Source of the DNA: a virus
Taxonomy: Duplodnaviria > Caudoviricetes
Virus record (IMG/VR): IMGVR_UViG_3300044247_000057
Coordinates: 1-64,000 of that record
DNA: 64,000 nt
Reading direction: 5' to 3' (one strand)
Part shown: positions 52,711-61,283 of the stretch, piece after piece
How positions within the stretch are numbered: the stretch's first letter is position 1
Layout: the number at the start of each line of letters is the position of its first letter
The notes under the pieces: model-generated
The model's input: the letters and a program-made list of their open reading frames with translations, nothing else
What the model was told of the DNA's origin: nothing
Databases searched by the model: none
Translations under genes and position numbers: made by a program

Positions 52711-54789
52711 ATGGCCACTCCGCATCCGGAGAGCAGGTTCAAGGGGTTGCTCCTCTCTCCGGAAGAGGCCGCTGCGGTCGCCGGGATACGTGCCCGCATG
52801 CCAGTCGGAGTGCGGTCGGTCGGTCTGGCCCTGTCGGCGGTCTTCTCGCTCTACCGCTGGATCATGCAGCGTCGGCTGAAGGACGTTCAAGGAACGACTC
52901 CGGCGCTGATGGAGCAGGCCCTGCTGCTCGGGCTCCGGGAGTCCTTCATCGCCTTCCAGCCCACCCTGACGTCGATGACCACGCCGATCATGTACGCGGG
53001 CTATCTGGTCGGTGTGCAGGAGTCCGGGGTGAGGCTGCCTCAGCATGTGCTGGCGCAGATGGCCAACGGCTACGCCCCGAGCCTGGGGAACTACATCCAC
53101 ACCGTCAGCAGCGACGCCCTGCTGGCAGGCTTCCGGGCCCTGGTGAACCGCAAGGTCGACCACAGACGTGCCCTGAAGCTGACCACCGACGCCTACGGGG
53201 TCGACACCCGGACCATGAACACGCTGGTCAACGTGTGGACCGCCGAGGAGGCCAAGGGCTTCACCAACGTGCGGCAGATCGTCTCGGTCAAGGAGAAGCG
53301 GGCCGCCACGATCATCGCTCAGAAGGTCAAGGAGCGGGCCCACATCCTGGGTGCGCACGAGGCCTGGAACGCCAAGGAGCAGGCCAAGGAGGCGTCCTGG
53401 CTGTGGGCGATGGAGAACGGGATCATCACCGGGGCGGCTCGCAAGATGTGGGTGACCGCCGATGACGAGCGGGTCTGTGCCTCCTGTGGCCCCCTGGACA
53501 AGGTCCAGATCAAGGTGACCGACAGGTTCGAGACCACCGTGGGCAAGACGCTGACCCCGCCGCTGCACGTCGGCTGCCGGTGCGAGGTCACGCTGAGCGC
53601 CAGCATGCGTCGGATCCTGCTGGGACAGCTCCGCAGGAAGCCGGTGAGGAAGGCCTACGAGGGGCACCCCTGGGCCCGGAACCAGAAGCGCAACGAGGAA
53701 GGTGAGTGGGTCAAGGGCCCCAGCAGCGCCCATGGTCAGCCCCAGCCCGCGCTGGCACCACAGCCGGTGTACGACCCGGAACCACCAGAGCCCCCGCCGT
53801 CCGCTCCGGTGGAGGAGGAGTACATCGCCTTCGGGCCTCAGTACATCGCCTTCGCTCCACAGCCTGCTGAGCCGATTCAGTTCGGGCCACCACCACAGCA
53901 GGCGTCCCCTGCTCCCGCTACTCCACACATCGAGTTTCAGCCTCGACCCGAGGCGATCCAGTTCGCCCCGCCACCTGCGCAGTCCATCGAGTTCAAACCA
54001 CACACGACGCCGTTCTCGCACGCCACCTACACCCCGTCCCAGGCGACGCCGCAGCCGGTGGCTCCGCGCCCGAAGGAGCGGCAGCGGTTCGAGGAAGAGC
54101 AGTGGAAGCCGCCCAAGCCGAGCATCATCACCCTGGACCGGGGCGAAGAGGTCTACGGCGTGGTGCCGGACGACTTGGACCACGTCGAGGACTACGAGCT
54201 CGACCAGAATCGGATGGTCAACGACTTCGCCGACGCGCACGAAATGGTCGAGAACCAGTTGGCTGAGAACTACACCGAACGCATCTACGACGCTCTGGAG
54301 GAGGAGGGGAAGGACCTGGTCCCCATCTACTCCGAAGGTGGCGAGCAGTACTACGCCGACTACGAGGGCCTCCGGTCACTGTTCGAGTGGACCAGGGCCA
54401 AGCAGATCTACGAGGACCGGAAATCGTCGGGGATGCCGGAGTACATGGATCCACCAGTGTCCTTCGACCCGATGCAGGAGATCCAGGTTCACTCCAACTA
54501 CGACAACAGGGCGCACCAGATCGAAGCCGAGGTGTTGTCCCGCAAGGGTCGGCTCCGGGGTCAGGCCATTGATGACGTGATCGAGGAGATCACACCGTCG
54601 TTGGTCAAGGTCGACCGGATCGACATGGAGTTCAGTACCGAGGACCTGGGCTTGAACCGCAGAGACCACCCTGACTGGATTGTCACTGGTCCCCACCACA
54701 ACATCGAGGTTCTCGGCTCGATCACCGACCCCGAGACCGGTCAACGGATCCTGGCTCACGCCTACCATCTCGACCCCTTCGACGAGTAG
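52711..54789 (+). CDS. MuF-like (SPP1 gp7-like) minor head protein with C-terminal extension
   Basis: KMWVTADDERVCASC...PPLHVGCRC; then VRK-A, Pro-rich linker, acidic domain. Confidence 0.85.
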   Translation: MATPHPESRFKGLLLSPEEAAAVAGIRARMPVGVRSVGLALSAVFSLYRWIMQRRLKDVQGTTPALMEQALLLGLRESFIAFQPTLTSMTTPIMYAGYLVGVQESGVRLPQHVLAQMANGYAPSLGNYIHTVSSDALLAGFRALVNRKVDHRRALKLTTDAYGVDTRTMNTLVNVWTAEEAKGFTNVRQIVSVKEKRAATIIAQKVKERAHILGAHEAWNAKEQAKEASWLWAMENGIITGAARKMWVTADDERVCASCGPLDKVQIKVTDRFETTVGKTLTPPLHVGCRCEVTLSASMRRILLGQLRRKPVRKAYEGHPWARNQKRNEEGEWVKGPSSAHGQPQPALAPQPVYDPEPPEPPPSAPVEEEYIAFGPQYIAFAPQPAEPIQFGPPPQQASPAPATPHIEFQPRPEAIQFAPPPAQSIEFKPHTTPFSHATYTPSQATPQPVAPRPKERQRFEEEQWKPPKPSIITLDRGEEVYGVVPDDLDHVEDYELDQNRMVNDFADAHEMVENQLAENYTERIYDALEEEGKDLVPIYSEGGEQYYADYEGLRSLFEWTRAKQIYEDRKSSGMPEYMDPPVSFDPMQEIQVHSNYDNRAHQIEAEVLSRKGRLRGQAIDDVIEEITPSLVKVDRIDMEFSTEDLGLNRRDHPDWIVTGPHHNIEVLGSITDPETGQRILAHAYHLDPFDE

Positions 54790-54811
54790 ACGCGCAAAGG
54801 AGAATGAACCC

Positions 54812-55732
54812 ATGGACGTGGTCAAGGCACTGCAGGAGCACAGCGAGGCTGGTGCCACCATCGTCGACCTGCTCTACGGGGACGCGGGCGCAGAGGTCTC
54901 CAAGGCGCTGATCGAGTTCGGCAAGGAAGAGAAGAAGAAGGACACCCAGAAGCGGATCGCCCAGGTCTCCAACCTGGTCGGTATCGGAGCCGGTGCGGCA
55001 GCCGTCCCCGGTGCCTTCAAGCAGCTCGGTGAGGCGCACCGGAAGTACTACAAGCGCCCCGAGAAGCCGAAGAACACCACCCAGACCCGCAAGCTGATCG
55101 CCACCGCCAAGCACGGGACGGGGATCAAGCGCGTGGGAGCCAAGGGTGTGCTGAAGGCGCGCAAGCTCTACCGCAACCCCAAGGTCGTCCTGGGACTGGC
55201 TGGTGCTGGTGCTGGGCTACAGGTGGGCAACCTGGCGGGCGACACCATCACCAACCAGGTGCTGAACCGGAAAGAGAAGAAGGCCGGTGCGACGCCACCG
55301 CCCAAGGAGTTCGGCAAGACGGAGTTCGACATCTACACCGAGATCTCCAAGGTCGACTCCGACAAGCGTCAGGTCTTCGGCTGGGCCTCCGTGACCAAGT
55401 CCGGTGGCATCGACGTGGTCGATCTCCAGGGTGACGTGATCCCACTGGAGGAGATCGAGAAGGCCGCTTATGAGTTCGTCAAGAAGTCCCGGGTCGGCGG
55501 CAAGATGCACGGCAAGGGCGAGGCCGGACCGATCCAGGTCTCCGACATGATCGAGTCCTTCGTGGTCACCCCGGAGAAGAAGGCGGCCATGGGCCTCCCG
55601 GACGAGACGCCGGAAGGCTGGTGGGTCGGCTTCAAGGTGAACGACGACAACACCTGGGCCGAGGCCAAGGACGGCAAGCTGGCCGGTTTCAGCGTCCACG
55701 GGAGCGGGCGGAGGGTCCCGACTGATGCCTAG
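54812..55732 (+). CDS. XkdF-like prohead serine protease with G/A-rich N-terminal extension
   Basis: ISKVDSDKRQVFGWA...DLQGD...IEKAAYEF...MH...ES...GWWVGFKV...GFSVHG; ATG 54812. Confidence 0.85.
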   Translation: MDVVKALQEHSEAGATIVDLLYGDAGAEVSKALIEFGKEEKKKDTQKRIAQVSNLVGIGAGAAAVPGAFKQLGEAHRKYYKRPEKPKNTTQTRKLIATAKHGTGIKRVGAKGVLKARKLYRNPKVVLGLAGAGAGLQVGNLAGDTITNQVLNRKEKKAGATPPPKEFGKTEFDIYTEISKVDSDKRQVFGWASVTKSGGIDVVDLQGDVIPLEEIEKAAYEFVKKSRVGGKMHGKGEAGPIQVSDMIESFVVTPEKKAAMGLPDETPEGWWVGFKVNDDNTWAEAKDGKLAGFSVHGSGRRVPTDA

Positions 55733-56486
55733 CCTGATCACGCTGGAGAGCATCGAGAAGAAGGAGTGGAGCGAAGAGCAGCTGGCGCGTCGCAAGAAGC
55801 TTGGCGCTGCCGGTTCCATCGCCACCTCCACCCTGGGCCTTGGTTCCCTGGGCGTTCTGGCTCTGCGCTCGAAGCCAGCTGGGAGGGCGATCAAAGAGAT
55901 CGGAGAGCATGCTCCCAAGGCGGAGATGTTTGCCGGTAAGAAGGTAGGCCATGCGGTCGGAGCAACGGGCGGACGGCTGGAGAAGATCAGAGCAGCAGTG
56001 AAGGGCGCGGAGACCCCGATCCTGGCCACCAGCGCCGGGATCGGTGGACTGAACGGCTACAACTTCGCTGCCATCCAGCGTCAGGAGAGCAAGAAGTCGA
56101 AGAGACACAACGCGGAGTACGCCGATCTGAGGAGCAAGGTCAACCGGCTGGACGCGAAGGTGAACAAGCTCTACGACCCCGAGGAAGAGCGGCACAAGCA
56201 GAACAAGATCGCTGCCGGGGTGCTCGCAGCCGGTGGGGCCGGGTCCATTGCTGCCGCCGTTCCCCAGGCTCAACAGGCCCTGCATCAGAAGGGTCGGATC
56301 AAGAACCTGAAGACCAAGGCGGCCAAGGCGCGGGCCGGACGGATCAGGAACGTGAAGGGTGGCAAGGCGGCTCTGCTCGCACTGGGTGGCGCTGGGGCCA
56401 TCGGCGGCGGCGTGAAGCTCGCCACCAACGAGCGAAGCAGGCGCGGGAAGACCTACTCAGCGGCGTACCGGCCCCAGTACTACTGA
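55725..56486 (+). CDS. basic Gly/Ala-rich putative internal virion protein
   Basis: IEK, VNK motifs; four G/A hydrophobic segments with basic flanks. Confidence 0.75.
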   Translation: MPSLITLESIEKKEWSEEQLARRKKLGAAGSIATSTLGLGSLGVLALRSKPAGRAIKEIGEHAPKAEMFAGKKVGHAVGATGGRLEKIRAAVKGAETPILATSAGIGGLNGYNFAAIQRQESKKSKRHNAEYADLRSKVNRLDAKVNKLYDPEEERHKQNKIAAGVLAAGGAGSIAAAVPQAQQALHQKGRIKNLKTKAAKARAGRIRNVKGGKAALLALGGAGAIGGGVKLATNERSRRGKTYSAAYRPQYY

Positions 56487-56525
56487 GGCACCATCGTTGC
56501 CACCCTCGACATAATAGGGACTGAA

Positions 56526-57359
56526 ATGCCGAACAGATTGAGCGACATGATCTTCGACGAGGTGAGCCTCGTCTACAAGGGCGCGAACCAGCACTCGCGG
56601 GTCGCCATCGCCAAGTCTGCTGACGGCGTCGAACAGGAGGAAGCCATGGGATACACCGATCAGGATGGGAACCCCGTCGACGTCAACAGCCTCGCAGAGG
56701 GCGATGTTGTCTTCGATGAGGACGGGCAGGGGTTCGTCTACACCGAGCAGGACGTGGACGAGATCGAGGTCGAGGAGTACGAGGAAGAGCCCCAGCTGGT
56801 GGGCAAGAGCTTCCCGACCCGACAGACGTACGCGCAGGACCCGGACTTCGAGCAGGACGTGCGGTGGAGCCTCTCCAAGGCCGTCACCGACGAGGACCGC
56901 GACGAGGTCATCTCCAAGGCCGCTGGCTACATCTCGCACCTGGAGAGCCTGGTCCACAAGGCGCAGGCCGATGTCGAGGTCGAGCGGGAGATTCGCCGCG
57001 AGTCCGAGTACATGGAGATCGCCAAGTCCTACGGGGGTCTCCCGGTGGGCGAGGAGCAGCTCGCGGCAGCCCTGATGGACTGCGCGGACAACCTCGACGA
57101 GTCCAGCATCGTGACTCTGCAGAAGTGCCTCTCGGCAGCCAGTGACTCGGCTCTCAACGAGATCGGTGCCACGGGCGGCGGATTCAACTCCGACGTGATG
57201 GCGGTCATCGAGCAGCACGCCAACTCCGGGGTCTCCAAGAGTGAGGACTCCTCCACGGAGGCCGAGATCGCCAAGGCCTTCGAGCAGGACCCGTCCTTGT
57301 ACGCGCAGTACCTCAACGAGACCGGTGGCTACAACAGCGCACCGCGTTACAACTTCTGA
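56526..57359 (+). CDS. capsid scaffolding protein with N-terminal DEVSLV..GAN strand
   Basis: Acidic, eight x-x-K-(S/A) motifs, C-terminal helix; directly upstream of decoration and capsid genes. Confidence 0.8.
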   Translation: MPNRLSDMIFDEVSLVYKGANQHSRVAIAKSADGVEQEEAMGYTDQDGNPVDVNSLAEGDVVFDEDGQGFVYTEQDVDEIEVEEYEEEPQLVGKSFPTRQTYAQDPDFEQDVRWSLSKAVTDEDRDEVISKAAGYISHLESLVHKAQADVEVEREIRRESEYMEIAKSYGGLPVGEEQLAAALMDCADNLDESSIVTLQKCLSAASDSALNEIGATGGGFNSDVMAVIEQHANSGVSKSEDSSTEAEIAKAFEQDPSLYAQYLNETGGYNSAPRYNF

Positions 57360-57382
57360 CCCCTGAAGGAGGGTAGAGCACC

Positions 57383-57793
57383 ATGGCGTACGACGAAGCC
57401 ATCAGGAACATCACGCTGACTGCGGATGCCAGCCTGGCCGGATACACCGGCGTCGCCGGTACACCGGGGGCGGCGAACCCGCACTTCGGGAAGGCTCAGT
57501 ACCGGTTCGTGAAGGTCACCGGAGCCAAGCAGTGTGGTCTTGCCACGGCTGTGGGAGACGCCGTGGTCGGCGTCTGCCAGAACAAGCCGCAGGTCGCTGG
57601 TGAGGCGGCCACGGTAGCCATCCGGGGAGTCTCCCGGGTCATGGCTGGCGGGGCCTTCGTTCCGGGCGACAAGATCGACACCGACGCCACTGGTCGAGCC
57701 GTCAAGTCCGGTGCCGGTGCAGGCATCGGTATCGCTCTCGAAGCCGCCACCGTCGCCAACGAGCTGACATCCGTTCTGCTCCGGTGCAACTGA
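57383..57793 (+). CDS. capsid decoration/cement protein (DUF2190-like)
   Basis: QYRFVK...VVGVCQNKP...ATVAIRGVSRV.AG...G...A.G.A. Confidence 0.8.
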   Translation: MAYDEAIRNITLTADASLAGYTGVAGTPGAANPHFGKAQYRFVKVTGAKQCGLATAVGDAVVGVCQNKPQVAGEAATVAIRGVSRVMAGGAFVPGDKIDTDATGRAVKSGAGAGIGIALEAATVANELTSVLLRCN

Positions 57794-57807
57794 GAGAGGA
57801 GTAGACG

Positions 57808-58824
57808 ATGCCGAGCCCCACGCAGTCTGACCTGCACATCAATCAGCCGCTGACCAACGTCAGCGTGGCCTATATCCAGTCGGCGAAGAACTTCATCGCG
57901 GACAAGGTCTTCCCGAAGGTCCCCGTCTCCAAGCAGTCGGACCTCTACTGGAAGTACTCCAAGAGCGACTGGCGACGGACTGACGTCCAGCGTCGGGCCC
58001 CGAGCACTGAGACTCCGGGCACCGGCTGGAACGTCGGGACCGATCAGTACTTCGCGCACGTGTACGGCGTCCACAAGGACATCGACGACCAGCTCCGCGC
58101 CAACGCGGACTCGCTGTTCAAGATGGACTCTGACGCCACCGCGTTCGTGACCAACCAGCTGCTCATCAAGCGGGACCTGGACTGGGCGGCCAGCTTCTTC
58201 CGTCCGGGTGTCTGGCTCACCGACCAGCAGCTGAAGAAGGGCACGGGCGGCAGCCCGGAGGGTCAGCGGTGGGATCTCGCCACCTCAGACCCGGTGGGCT
58301 TCTTCGCTACGGCCACGGTCAACTTCATCCAGCAGACCGGCTTCAAGCCGAACACGCTGGTGATGGGGGCCAACTGCCTGAAGGCCCTGAAGAACCACCC
58401 GGCCATCATCGACCGGATCAAGTACACCCAGCGGGGCATCGTCACCGAGGAGCTGCTCAGCACGCTCTTCGGGGTCGACAAGATCCTGGTCTCCTACGCC
58501 ACCTACTCCGATGGCGTGGACATCGAGGACATGGCGTTGCAGGACGCGGCTGCGGTGAACAAGTTCATCGCCAACCCGAACAGCGCGCTGCTCTGCTACA
58601 CCCCGTCGAGCCCGTCCCTGATGAGCCCGGCTGCCGGTTACACCTTCACCTGGAACGGCTACCTGGGCGGCAACGCGCAGGGCATCCGGATGGCTCGCTT
58701 CCGCATGGACGCGATCCGCTCGGACCGGATCGAGGGTGAGATGACCTATTCGATGCAGGTCATCAGCCGCGACTGCGGTCTGTTCCTCACCGACGTCGTC
58801 GGCTCTGCGGTGGACGTCCCGTAA
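57808..58824 (+). CDS. major capsid protein
   Basis: DLHINQPLTNVSVAY...FIADKVFP.VPV.KQSD, LKNHPAI; 338 aa; strong RBS; followed by terminator. Confidence 0.9.
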   Translation: MPSPTQSDLHINQPLTNVSVAYIQSAKNFIADKVFPKVPVSKQSDLYWKYSKSDWRRTDVQRRAPSTETPGTGWNVGTDQYFAHVYGVHKDIDDQLRANADSLFKMDSDATAFVTNQLLIKRDLDWAASFFRPGVWLTDQQLKKGTGGSPEGQRWDLATSDPVGFFATATVNFIQQTGFKPNTLVMGANCLKALKNHPAIIDRIKYTQRGIVTEELLSTLFGVDKILVSYATYSDGVDIEDMALQDAAAVNKFIANPNSALLCYTPSSPSLMSPAAGYTFTWNGYLGGNAQGIRMARFRMDAIRSDRIEGEMTYSMQVISRDCGLFLTDVVGSAVDVP

Positions 58825-58847
58825 GTCAGCGTTGAATGAAGCCTGAG

Positions 58848-58878
58848 GGGCGGTGGCCACACGGCCCCCGCCCTTTTT
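58848..58878 (+). terminator. intrinsic terminator after capsid gene
   Basis: GGGCGG-T-GGCC-ACAC-GGCC-C-CCGCCC then TTTTT. Confidence 0.75.
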
Positions 58879-58893
58879 GCTTGAAGGAGAGAG

Positions 58894-59904
58894 ATGAGCC
58901 GACTGGATCCTACTGAGGACACTCAGTACATCGTGGGGCGTCCGTTCCAGACGCCAGCTGGATGGGCCTGGCCGGGTGAACCTGCGCCGGAGGAGGCGGT
59001 CACCTCGACCAACCTCTACGCCCTGATCTCGTCCGGCTTCCTCTACGCCTACGTGCCGGACGCCAACTACGCCTACCTGCCCCCGCACGTCTTCAGTGCG
59101 GTGCGGACCTACCAGGAAGTTCACGACATCATCAACCGAGGAGAGAGCCCAGTCGACATGGAATGGACACCGCCGAAGAAGCTGCAGCAGGCCCAGGACG
59201 CCCGTGACGCCGAGGAGCTGAGCAAGCTCGCTGCCCGGACCGCCTCTCCCGCCACCGCCGAGGACTGGACCCGCAAGATCGAGGTCAACCAGATCTCCCC
59301 GCGCCCGGTCGAGCTGCCCCGTGAGCAGTTGTTCGAGGACTCCAAGAAGCGGGAGGCCGAGGACGCTGCCGACACCGAGGACGACGGTGACGACCGCAAT
59401 GACGTGCGGGCCAAGGCCGCCGAAGAGGCGTTCAAGGACAACGAGGAGCATGAGACCAAGAGCTACCGGGCCAGCGAGGACAACCCGTTGCGACCGGAGT
59501 TCGATGATGGAGACCTGCAGAGCGACTTCGAGGAGGTACAGGCCGTGACCAAGAGCAAGGACCATGTCGAGGTAGAAGAGGGCGAGCCCTCGGTGCTGGA
59601 GCGTCAGGACCCCTTCAACAGCCAGGTGTTCAGCTCCCCCACGCTGGAGCCGGACGAGGCCAAGGAGTACGCCAAGGAGCTGAAGGAGGAGTGGCTGAAG
59701 GGTCAGGAGGAGCAGGCCGAGGACGAAGAGCCCGTCGTAGACGAGGACATCGAGGCCAAGGACGAGGACCTGGAGAACCCGGTCGCCGCTGGCGAGCCCA
59801 CCTCGGTGGACACGGGTGACTCTGGTGACGAGCCCACTGAGGAGAACACGGCTCCCGACGACGAGCCCAAGACCACGACCCGGAAGACCCGCTCGAAGAG
59901 CTGA
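58894..59904 (+). CDS. head-tail region protein with long acidic low-complexity tail
   Basis: Folded-looking N-terminal ~90 aa, then E/D-rich ~240 aa. Confidence 0.75.
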   Translation: MSRLDPTEDTQYIVGRPFQTPAGWAWPGEPAPEEAVTSTNLYALISSGFLYAYVPDANYAYLPPHVFSAVRTYQEVHDIINRGESPVDMEWTPPKKLQQAQDARDAEELSKLAARTASPATAEDWTRKIEVNQISPRPVELPREQLFEDSKKREAEDAADTEDDGDDRNDVRAKAAEEAFKDNEEHETKSYRASEDNPLRPEFDDGDLQSDFEEVQAVTKSKDHVEVEEGEPSVLERQDPFNSQVFSSPTLEPDEAKEYAKELKEEWLKGQEEQAEDEEPVVDEDIEAKDEDLENPVAAGEPTSVDTGDSGDEPTEENTAPDDEPKTTTRKTRSKS

Positions 59905-59905
59905 G

Positions 59906-60388
59906 ATGACCTTCACCTACGTCGACCCGGCGAGCATTCGCCGGGATGCGCTACGGCTCCTGACCGGGGACACCAACTCCGGTCAGGTGCTGCTGCAGGA
60001 CGAGGAGATCGACTTCTTCATCGGTCGCTGGACCGACTACGACGACTACACGGTGGCGGCCTACTGCGCGGAGGGGATCGCCTCCAAGCTGGCCCGGGAG
60101 GTCGACATCAGTGCCGACTCCCAGAGCGTCGGCACCAACGTGCTGCAGGAGAAGTACCTGCGGCTGGCTGAGCGGCTGCGGAGCCAGTCCGCGTCCGGCT
60201 TCCCCGGGGTCATCTACGTGGGCGGTCTGGACTACACCACCGAGCTCACACCCGGTGCGGAGCCCCCGGCCTTCGGCACCCGAATGCACGACAACCCCGA
60301 GGCCGGTCAGCAGGACTACGGCGACATCGCGGACCAGAACTACGCGGCCTACTGGGACTGGCGTGAACGGTGGGTCGGCGGGCCGTGA
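59906..60388 (+). CDS. head-to-tail adaptor
   Basis: TFTY...RDALRLLTGDT...LQDEEIDF...AAYCAE. Confidence 0.8.
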   Translation: MTFTYVDPASIRRDALRLLTGDTNSGQVLLQDEEIDFFIGRWTDYDDYTVAAYCAEGIASKLAREVDISADSQSVGTNVLQEKYLRLAERLRSQSASGFPGVIYVGGLDYTTELTPGAEPPAFGTRMHDNPEAGQQDYGDIADQNYAAYWDWRERWVGGP

Positions 60389-60828
60389 GCGGGCTCTCGG
60401 ACTCGCCCATCCGGATGCAGATCGGCACCTACCCCCGCGACCACATCCGGCAGCGGGCTACCGACCTGATGAGCGCGGGGGTGCGGATCAGCCGTCCTGG
60501 CACCACCTACGACCCGGTCACCCGGCGTGACATCTCCACCGAGGGAGAACTCCTCTACGAGGGTCCTGCGCGCATCTGGGAGGTGCCAGCGGGGCAGCAG
60601 GTGGTGATCGGGGAGGAGGAGATCACCGTCACCTCCACCTACCTGTCGATCCCCTTCTGGGTGCAGCCACTGCCCGAGCACGACGACCTGATCGTGGTCA
60701 CCGACTCCGACGACGAGGACCTGATCGGCAGGTCACTGGACATTATCTCCACGGTCAGAGGAGGAGGCCTACGGGCTTCCCGGCGCTTCCAGGTGAAGAT
60801 CAGCGAGTCGAAGAAGCGGTCCTGGTGA
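60385..60828 (+). CDS. head-to-tail stopper (DUF6093-like)
   Basis: YDPVT...LYEGPARI...YLSIP...DDLIVVT...DLIGR. Confidence 0.75.
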   Translation: MSGLSDSPIRMQIGTYPRDHIRQRATDLMSAGVRISRPGTTYDPVTRRDISTEGELLYEGPARIWEVPAGQQVVIGEEEITVTSTYLSIPFWVQPLPEHDDLIVVTDSDDEDLIGRSLDIISTVRGGGLRASRRFQVKISESKKRSW

Positions 60829-61283
60829 CCATCAACTACGAGGCGGTCACCCAACTCAGCCAGCGGCTGGAGAAGGCTGCTAACTTCGCCCCGTTCGTGG
60901 TGGAGTTCTGGCTGCACAAGATGGTTGGCCCGGCCATGGTCTCGGAGATGCGGGCGGAGGCTCCCGTCAGGAGCGGCAGGTTGCGGGACGCCATCCGCCA
61001 GATCAACGAGCCGATGAAGGTGCGGGTGGGACCCATCGGGGTGGAGTACAACCAGTTCGTCGTGGAGGGCACCAAGGCCCATGAGATCAAGCCGAAGAAC
61101 GCCTCGATGCTGGTGTTCAAGATCGGTGGCAAGACCATCTACGCGAAGTCCGTGAAGCACCCGGGAACCGCTGCCAACCCGTACATGCAGATATCGTCGG
61201 CGAAGGTGATGAACCGGCTGCTGCCGAAGCTCGGTCAGCTGCAGATCGACGTGCTGAAGACCGGGAAGAGACCTCATGGCTAG
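60825..61283 (+). CDS. HK97 gp10-like neck protein
   Basis: APVRSGRLRDAI...VGP...YNQFVVEGTKAHEI...V.HPGT..NPYM. Confidence 0.8.
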   Translation: MTINYEAVTQLSQRLEKAANFAPFVVEFWLHKMVGPAMVSEMRAEAPVRSGRLRDAIRQINEPMKVRVGPIGVEYNQFVVEGTKAHEIKPKNASMLVFKIGGKTIYAKSVKHPGTAANPYMQISSAKVMNRLLPKLGQLQIDVLKTGKRPHG

